Shown: piece by piece, positions 1 through 14,524 of the stretch
Layout: each line of letters begins with the position of its first letter
How positions within the stretch are numbered: the stretch's first letter is position 1
Source: Schmidtea polychroa
Lineage: Eukaryota
Length of the DNA: 64,000 nt
Direction of reading: 5' to 3'
NCBI GenBank assembly: GCA_044892525.1
Contig: CM097885.1
Span: forward strand, 57,474,001-57,538,000
Program-made: the position numbers and the translations under genes
The notes under the pieces: model-generated
The model's database searches: none
What the model saw: only the letters and a program-made list of their open reading frames with translations
What the model was told of the DNA's origin: nothing

Positions 1-3000
1 ATATAGGATTCTGCGCTGCCCATTAATAATCTGAGTAAAATTGAAATTCTTTAATCATACAATATGAAAATGAATGAATCATATGCTCAATGATGAAGAA
101 TGCACTGAAATGTTTTCATTTCAGCATTTTAATTACATCATTGATTTAATAGAATTTGGAGCGTTAAAACATTTTATAAAAAAAAAAGATCAATAGTATA
201 TTTCCTACTGGAATTGTATTAAATGTTTTTTTCATAAGGAAATTGACAAACAAATCACATCCATGATTAACAATCAATTATCCTGAAATGAGAACCCGTT
301 TAATAATATTACAAACAAAATAAATTATTTGAATATAGGATTCCGCGCTGCCCATTAATAATCTGAGTAAACTTGAATTTCTTGAATCATTCAATATGGC
401 AATGAATGAATCATATGCTCAATGATGAAGAATGCACTGAAATGTTTTCATTTCAGCATTTTAATTACATCATTGATTTAATAGAATTGAAGCGCTAAAA
501 CATTTTATAATAAAAATAGATCAATAGTATATTTCCTCCTGGAATTGTAATAAATGTTTTTTTCATAAAGAAATTGACAAACAAATCACATCCATGATTA
601 ACAATCAATTATCCAGAAATGAGAACCCGTTTAATATCATTACAAACAAAATAAATTATTTGAATATAGGATTCCGCGCTGCCCATTAATAATCTGAGTA
701 AAATTGAAATTCTTGAATCATACAATTGATAATGAATGAATCATATGCTCAATGATGAAGAATGCACTGAAATGTTTTCATTTCAGCATTTTAATTACAT
801 CATTGATTTAATAGAATTGAAGCGTTAAAACATTTTATAATAAAAAGAGATCAATAGTATATTTCCTCCTGGAATTGTAATAAATGTTTTTTTCATAAGG
901 AAATTGACAAGCAAATCACATCCATGATTAACAATCAATTATCCTGAAATGAGAACCCGTTTAATATCATTACAAACAAAATAAATTATTTGAATATAGG
1001 ATTCCGCGCTGCCCATTAATAATCTGAGTAAAATTGAAATTCTTGAATCATACAATATGATAATGAATGAATCATATGCTCAATGATGAAGAATGCACTG
1101 AAATGTTTTTATTTCAGCATTTTAATTACATCATTGATTTAATAGAATTGAAGCGTTAAAACATTTTATAATAAAAATAGATCAATAGTATATTTCCTCC
1201 TGGAATTGTAATAAATGTTTTTTTCATAAGGAAATTGACAAACAAATCACATCCATGATTAACAATCAATTATCCTGAAATGAGAACCCGTTTAATATCA
1301 TTACAAACAAAATAAATTATTTGAATATAGGATTCCGCGCTGCCCATTAATAATCTGAGTAAAATTGAAATTCTTGAATCATACAATATGATAATGAATG
1401 AATCATATGCTCAATGATGAAGAATGCACTGAAATGTTTTCATTTCAGCATTTTAATTACATCATTGATTTAATAGAATTGAAGCGTTAAAACATTTTAT
1501 AATAAAAATAGATCAATAGTATATTTCCTCCTGGAATTGTAATAAATGTTTTTTTCATAAGGAAATTGACAAAAAAATCACATCCATGATTAACAATCAA
1601 TTAACCAGAAATGAGAACCCGTTTAATATCATTACAAACAAAATAAATTATTTGAATATAGGATTCCGCGCTGCCCATTTATAATCTGAGTAAAATTGAA
1701 ATTCTTTAATCATACAATATGATAATGAATGAATCATATGCTCAATGATGAAGAATGCACTGAAATGTTTTCATTTCAGCATTTTAATTTCTTCATTGAT
1801 TTTATAGAATTGAAGCATTTTAACATTTTATAATAAAAATGGATAAATAATATATTTTCTCATGGTATTGCATTAAGAGTTTTTTTCATAACCAAATTGA
1901 CAAACAAATCACATCCATGATGATTAACAATCAATTATCCAGAAATGAGAACCCGTTTAATATCATTACAAAAAAAATAAATTATTTGAATATAGGATTC
2001 CGCGCTGCCCATTAATAATCTGAGTAAAATTGAATTTCTTGAATCATCCAATATGATAATGAATGAATCATATGCTCAATGGGGAAGAATGCACTGAAAT
2101 GTTTTCATTTCAGCATTTTAATTAGATTTTTGATTTAATTGAATATAAGCATTACAAAATTTTATAATAGAAATATATCAATAATATATTTTCTAACGAT
2201 CTTGCATTAACAGTTTTTTTCATAACCAAATTGACAAACAAATCACATTCATGACCAACAGTCAATTCTCTAGAAATGAGAACCGGTTCAATATCACTAC
2301 AAACAAAATAAATTATTTGAATATAGGATTCCGCGCTGCCCATTAATAATCTGAGTAAAATTGAATTTCTTGAATCATTCAATATGGCAATGAATGAATC
2401 ATATGCTCAATGATGAAGAATGCACTGAAATGTTTTCATTTCAGCATTTTAATTACATCATTGATTTAATAGAATTGAAGCGTTAAAACATTTTATAATA
2501 AAAATAGATCAATAGTATATTTCCTCCTGGAATTGTAATAAATGTTTTTTTCATAAGGAAATTGACAAACAAATCACATCCATGATTAACAATCAATTAT
2601 CCAGAAATGAGAACCCGTTTAATATCATTACAAACAAAATAAATTATTTGAATATAGGATTCCGCGCTGCCCATTAATAATCTGAGTAAAATTGAAATTC
2701 TTGAATCATACAATATGATAATGAATGAATCATATGCTCAATGATGAAGAATGCACTGAAATGTTTTCATTTCAGCATTTTAATTACATCATTGATTTAA
2801 TAGAATTGAAGCGTTAAAACATTTTATAATAAAAATAGATCAATAGTATATTTCCTCCTGGAATTGTATTAAATGTTTTTTTCATAAGGAAATTGACAAA
2901 CAAATCACATCCATGATTAACAATCAATTATCCAGAAATGAGAACCCGTTTAATAACATTACAAACAAAATAAATTATTTGAATATAGGATTCCGCGCTG

Positions 3001-6000
3001 CCCATTAATAATCTGAGTAAAATTGAATTTCTTGAATCATTCAATATGATAATGAATGAATCATATGCTCAATGATGAAGAATGCACTGAAATGTTTTCA
3101 TTTCAGCATTTTAATTAGATTTTTAATTTAATTGAGTATAAGCATTAGCACATTTTATAATAGAAATATATCAATAATATATTTCCTAATGGAGTTGCAT
3201 TAACAGTTTTTTTCATAACCAAATTGACAAACAAATCACATTCATGATCAACAGTCAATTCTCTAGAAATGAGAACCCGTTCAATATCATTACAAACAAA
3301 ATAAATTATTTGAATATAGGATTCTGCGCTGCCCATTAATAATCTGAGTAAAATTGAAATTCTTGAATCATACAATATGATAATGAATGAATCATATGCT
3401 CAATGATGAAGAATGCACTGAAATGTTTTCATTTCAGCATTTTAATTACATCATTGATTTAATAGAATTGAAGCGTTAAAACATTTTATAATAAAAATAG
3501 ATCAATAGTATATTTCCTCCTGGAATTGTATTAAATGTTTTTTTCATAAGGAAATTGACAAACAAATCACATCCATGATTAACAATCAATTATCCTGAAA
3601 TGAGAACCCGTTTAATATCATTACAAACAAAATAAATTATTTGAATATAGGATTCCGCGCTGCCCATTAATAATCTGAGTAAAATTGAATTTCTTGAATC
3701 ATTCAATATGATAATGAATGAATCATATGCTCAATGATGAAGAATGCACTGAAATGTTTTCATTTCAGCATTTTAATTACATCATTGATTTAATAGAATT
3801 GAAACGTTAAAACATTTTATAATAAAAATAGATCAATAGTATATTTCCTTCTGGAATTGTAATAAATGTTTTTTTCATAAAGAAATTGACAAACAAATCA
3901 CATCCATGATTAACAATCAATTATCCAGAAATGAGCACTCGTTTAATATCATTACAAACAAAATAAATTATTTGAATATAGGATTCTGCGCTGCCCATTA
4001 ATAATCTGAGTAAAATTGAAATTCTTGAATCATACAATATGATAATGAATGAATCATATGCTCAATGATGAAGAATGCACTGAAATGTTTTCATTTCAGC
4101 ATTTTAATTACATCATTGATTTAATAGAATTGAAGCGTTAAAACATTTTATAATAAAAATAGATCAATAGTATATTTCCTCCTGGAATTGTAATAAATGT
4201 TTTTTTCATAAGGAAATTGACAAACAAATCACATCCATGATTAACAATCAATTATCCAGAAATGAGAACCCGTTTAATATCATTACAAACAAAATAAATT
4301 ATTTGAATATAGGATTCCGCGCTGCCCATTAATAATCTGAGTAAAATTGAAATTCTTGAATCATTCAATATGATAATGAATGAATCATATGCTCAATGAT
4401 GAAGAATGCACAGAAATGTTTTCATTTCAGCATTTTAATTACATCATTGATTTAATAGAATTGAAGCGTTAAAACATTTTATAATAAAAATAGATCAATA
4501 GTATATTTCCTCCTGGAATTGTATTAAATATTTTTTTCATAAGGAAATTGACAAACAAATCACATCCATGATTAACAATCAAATATCCAGAAATGAGAAC
4601 CCGTTTAATAACATTACAAACAAAATAAATTATTTGAATATAGGATTCCGCGCTGCCCATTAATAATCTGAGTAAAATTTAATTTCTTGAATCATTCAAT
4701 ATGATAATGAATGAATCATATGCTCAATGATGAAGAATGCACTGAAATGTTTTCATTTCAGCATTTTAATTACATCATTGATTTAATAGAATTGAAGCGT
4801 TAAAACATTTTATAATAAAAATAGATCAATAGTATATTTCCTTCTTGAATTGTAATAAATGTTTTTTTCATAAGGAAATTGACAAACAAATCACATCCAT
4901 GATTAACAATCAATTATCCAGAAATGAGAACCCGTTTAATATCATTACAAACAAAATAAATTATTTGAATATAGGATTCCGCGCTGCCCATTAATAATCT
5001 GAGTAAAATTGAAATTCTTGAATCATACAATATGATAATGAATGAATCATATGCTCAATGATGAAGAATGCACTGAAATGTTTTCATTTCAGCATTTTAA
5101 TTACATCATTGATTTAATAGAATTGAAGCGTTAAAACATTTTATAATAAAAATAGATCAATAGTATATTTCCTCCTGGAATTGTAATAAATGTTTTTTTC
5201 ATAAGGAAATTGACAAACAAATCACATCCATGATTAACAATCAATTATCCTGAAATGAGAACCCGTTTAATATCATTACAAACAAAATAAATTATTTGAA
5301 TATAGGATTCCGCGCTGCCCATTAATAATCTGAGTAAAATTGAAATTCTTGAATCATACAATATGATAATGAATGAATCATATGCTCAATGATGAAGAAT
5401 GCACTGAAATGTTTTCATTTCAGCATTTTAATTACATCATTGATTTAATAGAATTGAAGCGTTAAAACATTTTATAATAAAAATAGATCAATAGTATATT
5501 TCCTCCTGGAATTGTAATAAATGTTTTTTTCATAAGGAAATTGACAAACAAATCACATCCATGATTAACAATCAATTATCCAGAAATGAGAACCCGTTTA
5601 ATATCATTACAAACAAAATAAATTATTTGAATATAGGATTCCGCGCTGCCCATTAATAATCTGAGTAAAATTGAAATTCTTGAATCATACAATATGATAA
5701 TGAATGAATCATATGCTCAATGATGAAGAATGCACTGAAATGTTTTCATTTCAGCATTTTAATTACATCATTGATTTAATAGAATTGAAGCGTTAAAACA
5801 TTTTATAATAAAAATAGATCAATAGTATATTTCCTCCTGGAATTGTAATAAATGTTTTTTTCATAAGGAAATTGACAAACAAATCACATCCATGATTAAC
5901 AATCAATTATCCAGAAATGAGAACCCGTTTAATATCATTACAAACAAAATAAATTATTTGAATATAGGATTCCGCGCTGCCCATTTATAATCTGAGTAAA

Positions 6001-6370
6001 ATTGAAATTCTTTAATCATACAATATGATAATGAATGAATCATATGCTCAATGATGAAGAATGCACTGAAATGTTTTCATTTCAGCATTTTAATTACATC
6101 ATTGATTTAATAGAATTGAAGCGTTAAAACATTTTATAATAAAAATAGATCACTAGTATATTTCCTCCTGGAATTGTATTAAATGTTTTTTTCATAAGGA
6201 AATTGACAAACAAATCACATCCATGATTAACAATCAATTATCCAGAAATGAGAACCCGTTTAATATCATTACAAACAAAATAAATTATTTGAATATAGGA
6301 TTCTGCGCTGCCCATTAATAACCTGAGTTAATTTGAATTTCTTCAGTCATCTAATCTGATGAATGAATCT
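1..6370. repeat. Tandem satellite, ~331-bp unit, ~19 full copies plus a partial last copy; runs off the window start
   Basis: ATATAGGATT(C/T)(C/T)GCGCTGCCCATT recurs at 1, 333, 664, 994, 1325, 1656, 1990 and onward to ~6293. Units are nearly identical except a few variants. The array decays at ~6310-6370. Confidence 0.97.
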
Positions 6371-7360
6371 AATTGTTGGTGTTTGGTAAATCAAAAAAAA
6401 TTGGGAAGATAGTGTACTTAGTGTCTAATCTCTTTTGATTAACATAATTCCGAGCAGTGCCCCCATGACTCAGGTCATGTTGGTACTGCTCGTCGTCTTT
6501 GATGGAATAAAGGGCAGGCGAGCTACTATCTCGCCTTTAAGTTTCAACGGGTTCAGATTGCCGTTAGAAGGACCCTAATCTAACCCAATGGTGATAATTC
6601 TCCTCCCTTTACCTGGGATGGTTTTAGGAAAAATAACAGGGTCTCAAATTGTTAAGTGGAGCTGACACAGTTTCTAGAAATGGAATGAGAAGAGTATCAA
6701 GAATAACTGGTGCAAGTCTTTTATGATTTATTAAAAATAAGATTTTACTCGGTGTTCCTCGGCAGATAATCGAGTTCGATGATGATGACAATAGCCATTA
6801 TAGCATTATCCAAAAAATGATGGCATATGAATTTTGATAATCCTGATATCAAAGAAAATTATGCTAACATCTTAATTGGGAGGTTGCTCTAAGGGTTGCC
6901 GTAAATTAATTGAACTAAAAGACGCAACTCATATGGGAGGTCGTTCTGTTGAAGAAAAAGAAAGGTTACCTAATAAACTTTCAACGATTTAAAATCAATA
7001 TGTAAAACTACAATGGAAAAGTTTGGTGAAGTTTTATTAAATGCATAGGTTTATTACCAGGTAATTGAATTTAATTTAAAATATTTTAACATTAAAATAA
7101 TTCATCTTGGTTAAAAATCGTAAGATGAAAATGAGTATAAATATTTAAAGAACCTTATCGAGATAAGTAGTGTAATTTGAATCCACAGACTTTATTTTAC
7201 CCTGGTATGGTAAACCCATATTTTAATTAAATCGTGAATTTACTCGAAAGTTCGCGATGAATGCCATCGGCACCTTAATCCCCGGAAAAATAGATTTTAA
7301 CCATGATTAAGGGTCATAATTACGGGTGGCAGTTTTAGCAAGAATAGATATAAATAAATA

Positions 7361-7450
7361 TTAACACGTTGACGGACACTTGCGTCTATAGCCGTCATAT
7401 AGTGTCAATTTTCAAATGTCACTTGTTTCTACTGTCCGTCAATGTGTTAA
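7361..7450. mobile_element. Small piggyBac-like MITE (82 bp between TTAA sites)
   Basis: TTAA-CACGTTGACGGACA (7361-7378) and TGTCCGTCAATGTG-TTAA (7433-7450): 14-bp inverted repeat with one mismatch, TTAA on both sides. Confidence 0.5.
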
Positions 7451-8911
7451 TAATCACAATAATAATATTTACTAATTCAGTATTAAATTAATAAATCAAT
7501 ATATTAACATATTAACATTCGATATTAACATTCATTGTGTCAATGTGCATGTTATGATATTAAGATGCTGGTGGTAGTGATAATTCTCGGATTGGTAACA
7601 TCACGCGGTAATCTCGCGATTGGTAATAATTGTTTACTCAAGACCCGAAAGGTCTGTTTATCAATAGTCTAATGGGGATCTTAGCAAATTCGTGGTTTAT
7701 TCTAAACTTGTTAAATTACGATGTATTGTGGGAATGCCGACTTAAGAATTTCGTTTACAGTAATTCAGTGTTCTTAGAGATGGGTAAAACAAATATGCTT
7801 GGAACGAATAAATGTCTACGAAAAGTGAGTACATCCTGGGGCATTGTAAGTGTCAGACATTTGAATGGGTCTGCTAACGGCCGTTAAAAAGCTTGGTGGC
7901 TGACTTTCAATTTAGGTCCCTTAAATATTTACTGAATCTCAAAAACGCGAACAATAACGAAATATATCTTCGAAATGACGACCATTATACAGACGTATAC
8001 TAATATTAAACACTCAGTCACATTCTTCATTCAGCTACCTTCATCTTTTTAGATTGAGACAGGCATGTGAATTAAATTATGTGAAATGTGAATTTCCTAA
8101 TAATGGATGAATCTCGCCGTGGAGAGAAAATATTTTTCCTTAATAATCCCGTTAATATCTCCCAGATCGGTAGAGATTTCAAGAACACATTTACACTCAC
8201 TCAAATATGTATTTCTATAACAAAAAACTTTATACAACGTGCAATTTTAAGTTTCAAATTACTAATTATGGTAATTCTATTTAGGCGCAGATAATGATTT
8301 TAAGTCGCTATTTATATTATTTTTCGCGTCTATCGTGTTATAGAAATTAAATTAATATTTTTTGAGAGCTATTATTTGTCCATCATCTTTATATGTATAA
8401 AAATTCTATTATTTTTAATACTATCTTTTAAATATTATAAGAAATTCTGTTAATTCTATTATATTCTATTATTGTCATAATTATTAGAAACATGTTAATT
8501 TTTTTAGAGCTTAATTTTAAGTGCTTATAATTTACAACATATGTCTTCTCGATTATGATTTCTTAAAAAACATGCATTATTCTTTCTTAATTAATTACTA
8601 GCTGTTTTTTCCCAAAATTTAATTAATATCCCCATTGTTAAATATTTTTGATAAATATAAATATAATAATTCATAAATAATTCATTCATAAATATAATAA
8701 TTACACCAGAAGATAATCAAGTCATGCATAGATCACGTAAAGTAATAATACAAATGTCAATAATAATATGGATGTTGTTGAATCTAATTGTGTTGAATGA
8801 CCGAAATATTAACTGGTAGTGCTGATAATGAGCAGCCAGCACACGCAGGTGAAATGAGGAGATCCGGCGCAAGATGATGCACTAGTATGGCAGTATCATA
8901 GAAAACACTTA

Positions 8912-9383
8912 AGAACCAGCTCATATCATCCGCAAACAAACGGCCTTATCGGACTTTGAAAGCATCCCTCTGAATACTCTCAACATCAACTTCATGAGTC
9001 AAACCGTTACCATTTTTTTACTAGAATGGCACAACATACCTAATCGTTCAAGCAACGTGTCTCCTTCACAATTTTTGTTTGGATCCAACACTTTCATGTC
9101 CAACGAACTCATCGACCTTTACAATGACTCAACAGTAGACCAGATCAATCTCACACAAAAACATTTTGAGATTAGATACTAATCCGTCATTCATATATTA
9201 CACGTCTTACAAACCATATATACCGTAGTCCCTTTCCTCAGTCACTCACACATGGATAAGAACAATCGACTCTTCGAACCTCAAACCCAGATTCAAAGGT
9301 CCATTCCGCTGTACAAAATTACAGCGCTACTAGAGATTGACAACAACCACGTCATGGTCAATCTTTCCAGATTAAAACCATCC
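8912..9383 (+). pseudogene. Degenerate Gypsy integrase fragment
   Basis: Translates RTSSYHPQTNGL at 8912 and NHVMVNLSRLKP near 9345-9380. Stops and frameshifts lie between. Confidence 0.65.
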
Positions 9384-10378
9384 TTTTGCACCCTTTAATA
9401 TGACGAAATACCAAACAATCATATCACAAAAGATTATAACATAAACAAAGACATACTAGAAAACATGGAACAACCGATAGCACTACCAGACACGTCAAAT
9501 ATTCAACGCCTTCAAGAATTGTAGTGCCTCTGACTTTCAAATTAATAAATATATTAATTTAATAGTTAAATTTCAAATAAATTATTAAATTAATTAAATT
9601 AAAATACATTGTTTTAATATTCTTGTATATTCACTTTTTTTCAAACCTCTCTATCTCTTTAATCAATAAAAAAATGTGCCCAAAACTCTACAATTGGAAC
9701 AATTTGTGGATCAAAGAAATTCTTCACCAATATATATCGAATGGGCATTACGAACGATCAATCTCATAAAGCTGCTGCTGGTACTCCTTCTCGTCATCAG
9801 ATCAGCCAATTGATACTTTAAGTTCAAATAAGCAATTACGCTCTGATTATGGCGATTGAATTATCGCAATTGAATATTCAAATAACGCGAAATCAGGAGA
9901 GTCGTATCCAATAACATGCAATGCCATTCCAAAATTCGCAAATACCAGATACAATTTATACGAAGAAGTAGAATCCAATAAATATATTGTACAATCGGTT
10001 TTATGTTCCTACAAATTTCATTGAATATTTGAACAAATGATTAGCAAGAGCCGCTTGAAGAGCATTTGAAATGAAAGTTCTCAATCTCAGGTGATTGGAC
10101 AAGCATTAATCTGATAAATTAATTTACAGATTATTAATAATTTTATGCAAAATTTTCAATAATTATATGCAAAAATATTAAAAATTATATTCACAAATAT
10201 TATTAATTATATTCACAAATATTAATAATTATATTTACAAATATAAAAAAATATATGCAGAAATATTAAAAATATTAAGTTACACATTGTTTTTATGCCA
10301 ATTTTTAACCACATTTAAAGAAAAAGAATATACGTGAAACATTATACTTAAACCCGTTTAATTACATATTTACTCTAA

Positions 10379-11419
10379 TGTTGGGTTTTATCTAAATTCA
10401 ATTATTTTTTTTGTCGGTAATTCTGACTCCTCGCGTTCAGTAATCAATAACAAATAAGTCTCCCAACGTATATTTGTTTGAAATTATCTGTACAACACAC
10501 TCACTGTTCAACGTTTACTAGTTCGATCGAGTTCCTCTGCGGGATGCCGGGATTCTGTCCGGTTAAAAAATACAATCACCTTTACTTTCCTTTTGATCCC
10601 AAGTCACTTGCTCTCCTATATTCGAATTTTCAAGTTCAACTCAACTTTACTCCTCCGTTACTCTTGTTATTTAAGTTTCCTATTCGTTCCCTTAGGATCC
10701 CTACTACTTTCGTCCTTCCACCTTTAACTAATCTCGTTTTTTCGTGTCCCTACCTGAGGCTTAATGCCAATTGTTCTGAATTTGGATCTCCTTATATACT
10801 TGACTTAATCTGCGGTCGATTAGTTTGATTAATGAGTTTTTGGGCCAAATTGCTTCTATCTGACATTGCTTGGACAATCGGTTCCTTTATTATTGTTTGA
10901 GCAGTAACATTGATTAATTTCATCCTTATGTTACTCCTTGATAATGACTAATTTTCTGTTTATCCCAATTAATCTTACTGCCAAGATAATGGCCTCGTGA
11001 AAAACAATTTTTTTTTATCGAGCTCGGGCTTTCTTCACCGCTCGGGTTCTCCATTGGCCTCGGGTTTCCCATTAACTCGGGTTTTCTATTACCCAATTAA
11101 TTAATTAATTAACAATTTTTTTTGTTTTTAAACATTTAAGTATTTTTTTGAACCCTCTCCAACATTTTTGACAAAGTCACACTCACCATCTTTTTCATCA
11201 CTAACCAACCTATACCTGTCCCATTTTTCAGATTCCATTTCGATAAATTAACTACACATTAATATTTTATCACATTTGTACATTTTATTTTTCGTATCTG
11301 GCTGTACCCTTTCCCAACTCTATTTCCATCATAATTTTCTTTTCCGTGAATTTCTAGCTTGTCTTTTCTATTAACATTTAATTTTCATTAAAAATAATTT
11401 TAGTTTAGAGACCTCAACA
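10379..11419 (-). repeat. 3' LTR (1041 bp)
   Basis: Plus strand begins TGTTGGG and ends CCTCAACA (imperfect inverted termini). Adjacent minus-strand PPT AAGAGGGGAGATA at 11420-11432. TATA-like GTATATAAG on minus near 10795. Confidence 0.85.
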
Positions 11420-11930
11420 TATCTCCCCTCTTAAAAAAATTTTCGTCCTCGAAATGCTTTGTCTTTCATGCTTTTACACACATACATACATACTTTTATT
11501 TTTTGCAATGTTCACGATAATTGTGGTACTTATTTGATAGAATGGGTTAGGGTTACTTAAATTTATTATATAAAGACTAATAATTAAGTTACTGAATATT
11601 AATTAATACTTAAATTTATATTGTCTCGCTCAATTGTACCTATCTGCATCAAACTCCCATAGAATATACATCAAAAATCCAGTTAATTACATGTGTCTGC
11701 ATCGTATACCCAGGAAAATTTTCACAAGCATTCACTCTATCGTACCTAATGTTCAACTCACCCATCAATAGATTATTCGTTTCCATCCAACAATCAAGTT
11801 AACATACTACAGATTTTGTTTAATAAAAGCAAAAAATAGTATTAAAAAACGTTTAGCGAATTCTATCTATCTTATTTTTTTTTCTGCGCAGGTTTGTTAT
11901 TTTATTATATATTATTGTGTGTCGATATAT

Positions 11931-11979
11931 TTGCCGGCCACAAAAATGTTCGTTGCGGGCCGCAAGTTTGACATATCTG
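11931..11979 (-). mobile_element. Truncated hAT-like MITE end
   Basis: Minus strand reads CAGATATGTCAAACTTGCGGCCCGC, resembling hAT/Charlie termini. No partner end found. Confidence 0.35.
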
Positions 11980-14278
11980 TATTACAAAAATAGAAAATTG
12001 TGATTTTAAAGCAGTTTTTATAATTTTTAGTAATATATTCGATTAAGTTAGAATAATTTAACATCAATAAATATCTGAGTAAATAAATTATTTGTATTTT
12101 TAATAAATAAAAATATTAATCTATAACACGAGCGAAAATGGACATTTTTATCAAGTTTCATCAATTTTTTTCTCTTAATCAGTCGAGATTATGATTGATC
12201 TGAAATTTAAACAAATTCGCAGTCAAGCGCTATTAAGACCTTTATATAAATTAATTTTAAAAGTCAAAAAAAATGTGTGTTGGGACCGACGCAAGATAAG
12301 CGGTGAAGTTTATTGATTCGGCGATACCAGGCAATAAAAAACCCCGTTTGTGCCTGACTTATATATATATATATATATTTCCATGTGGAAGTCCGTGAGT
12401 ATATATTTTATTATTATTATTATTATTATTACTAAAGCTATTAAAAATAATAGTAAAAAGGAATTATTGATTCATGTTTTTGTCAGGTAGAATAAATTGA
12501 AATCATCTCAGTAATTTAGAAGCAAAATTTTTCAGAAAACAATGATATATCTAAGTTTAACAATTATTTCTCAGAAAAAACAAAATCAATTGATACAGAT
12601 TTGTTCAGAAATTGGAAGAATTCTGACACAAAATCAACAGAACTGCCAATTTTAGTATTGACTAAATTTAGCTTACAGTTAGAAGCTACGAATCAGTATT
12701 TCCATTTGACGTTGCCGTCAATTTTCAAGTCTATTTATTTTTCGAAACAACGAAATATTTTCTTGGAATTTGCAATATAAATCAAAACAATGATATTTAT
12801 TTGAATAAGTGGAATAATGTTGTCGTTAAAGTATTTAAAAGTCCGAGCTGGTTACAAAATGATAATCTAATCGATGAGGACACGTTGCATTATTTATGGT
12901 GTCTAAATCAAAAGATTTCACTCAATTCACAGCAAAGAATTTTCCCAGTTTAAAACAAGTTTATTAAAAATGTATCATAGAAAACAATACGCATTCTAAC
13001 TATATCACCCTAAAAGAATTCTGGGATTTATCCAACCAGAATTACCGAGAATTTTGGAACGTTTTGCTCTTTCAATAATTTTTTTTTTTTAATTTCCAGG
13101 CATACATTTTTGTATTTTATAGAGATTTGCATTATTTAGTTCCAGCTCCTTTTTGCTGTACACCAGGGATGTTATTTTCCACATCGTTAATGATGAAAGT
13201 GATAAGTCATTTAGATTTTCATGAATATTTAAAAATTTTCAAGTACAATTCTAATATTTTCCCGATCGATGAATTGATTTATAATTTTTTTCAAAGATCA
13301 TTTTGTACATTATTATTATATTGAACCAAATATTATAACGTATTTTGGAAGAGTATCTACTATAAGAGATGCTGTGGATCCAAGAGCTTTATGAAACAAC
13401 TGAGACACTTGTTTTCGCACTAGGAATTTCTATTATACTTACGTTGATATTAAACTTACGTTGATATTAAATTTTGATTTTACATAGTTTAAGTGATTTA
13501 TTATGTGGTACATTAAAATCATACATTAAGAGCCAGATAGGCAAAAATAAGGTATCTGTAATAACAATTTGAATTATATAAAAATGTACATAATGTAGAT
13601 GAGGACCAAGATTAAAAGCGGTCATACTTAAGATGCCTGCATACAGTCGTTAATTTTTAATTTCCTTTTCAATATTGGCATTATTTTTAGAATCAGATCT
13701 CCAAGTTAAAAAATATCTTTTCGCCGACGACTCTTAATAGCGGGTATGAATTCTGACTAACTTGTGCGGTTATTCATTTTAACTTCAGGGTTCCTGTGAA
13801 CCACAGGCAAGGGTTGAAAAGAACCTTTCGATGTTTTGATTCTTATGGCCGCTACCAGAAATCCAACAGACATCCCCCGGCTGATGTATCTTGGGACTTT
13901 TTTATTCAGAGTCACATTCTCTTCGACTCTGACATTGATGACTAATTCATTATTATTGATTTTTAACACCCCTAGCTGTATAGAGGTTCTAATATATTTA
14001 TTTTAATTTTGTTTTCTATTTTCCAATTGAGATACTACGAAAGGTCATCTATTGATTTTCCATTACCCCTCAACTACAGTTTCGTCAATGTTAAACAATT
14101 TTATGATTTTATAACTTTATTGATTTCAATTTATTCTTTCCATTACTATTCTCCATATATTTTAATCAATTATTTTATCATTTAGTTTCGCACACATTCA
14201 TCATATCATTTCGAGGAGGAAAACAATAAGGGTATGTTTAATAAATTTTTTTATTGAATCGATCTAACTTTATCGAAA

Positions 14279-14524
14279 TTAATCTAACTGGTTCATTTCT
14301 CCTTCGTCCGTTGATATATCTTCGTTCATCTGCATCGGTAGCATGGTTAATTCGGCTTCATATCGAAATTGTAGAATCTCCATTCTTTCTATTCTCCTTT
14401 TTCCAATCATGTTCTCTTCTTCCATTTCATTTAATTTTTTATCCATCGATTTTACTTTTTTCTGAATTTCGTCGATTGTGTTTCTGAACTCTTTCAAACG
14501 TTGCTCGGAGCTTTCATTTTGCAT
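14279..14524 (-). CDS. 81-aa predicted coiled-coil ORF in the 3' region of the Gypsy element, function unknown
   Basis: Open ORF with AAAATG start and charged heptad pattern (LKEFRNTIDEIQKKVKSMDKKLNEM). Confidence 0.3.
   Translation of the reverse strand: MQNESSEQRLKEFRNTIDEIQKKVKSMDKKLNEMEEENMIGKRRIERMEILQFRYEAELTMLPMQMNEDISTDEGEMNQLD

Noticed and set aside
2152-4660. 63-76-aa ORFs in the satellite
   Set aside because: They are open only in variant monomers. The same frame has stops in most units and shows no protein motif.
1-6370. Satellite as a CRISPR array, 5S/SL RNA array or C/D snoRNA array
   Set aside because: No unique spacers and no match to 5S or spliced-leader sequences I know. 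ATGATGA is present, but there is no convincing box D with a terminal stem at snoRNA distance.
10478-10828. 116-aa ORF
   Set aside because: Lies inside the LTR, starts at TTG and has no motif.
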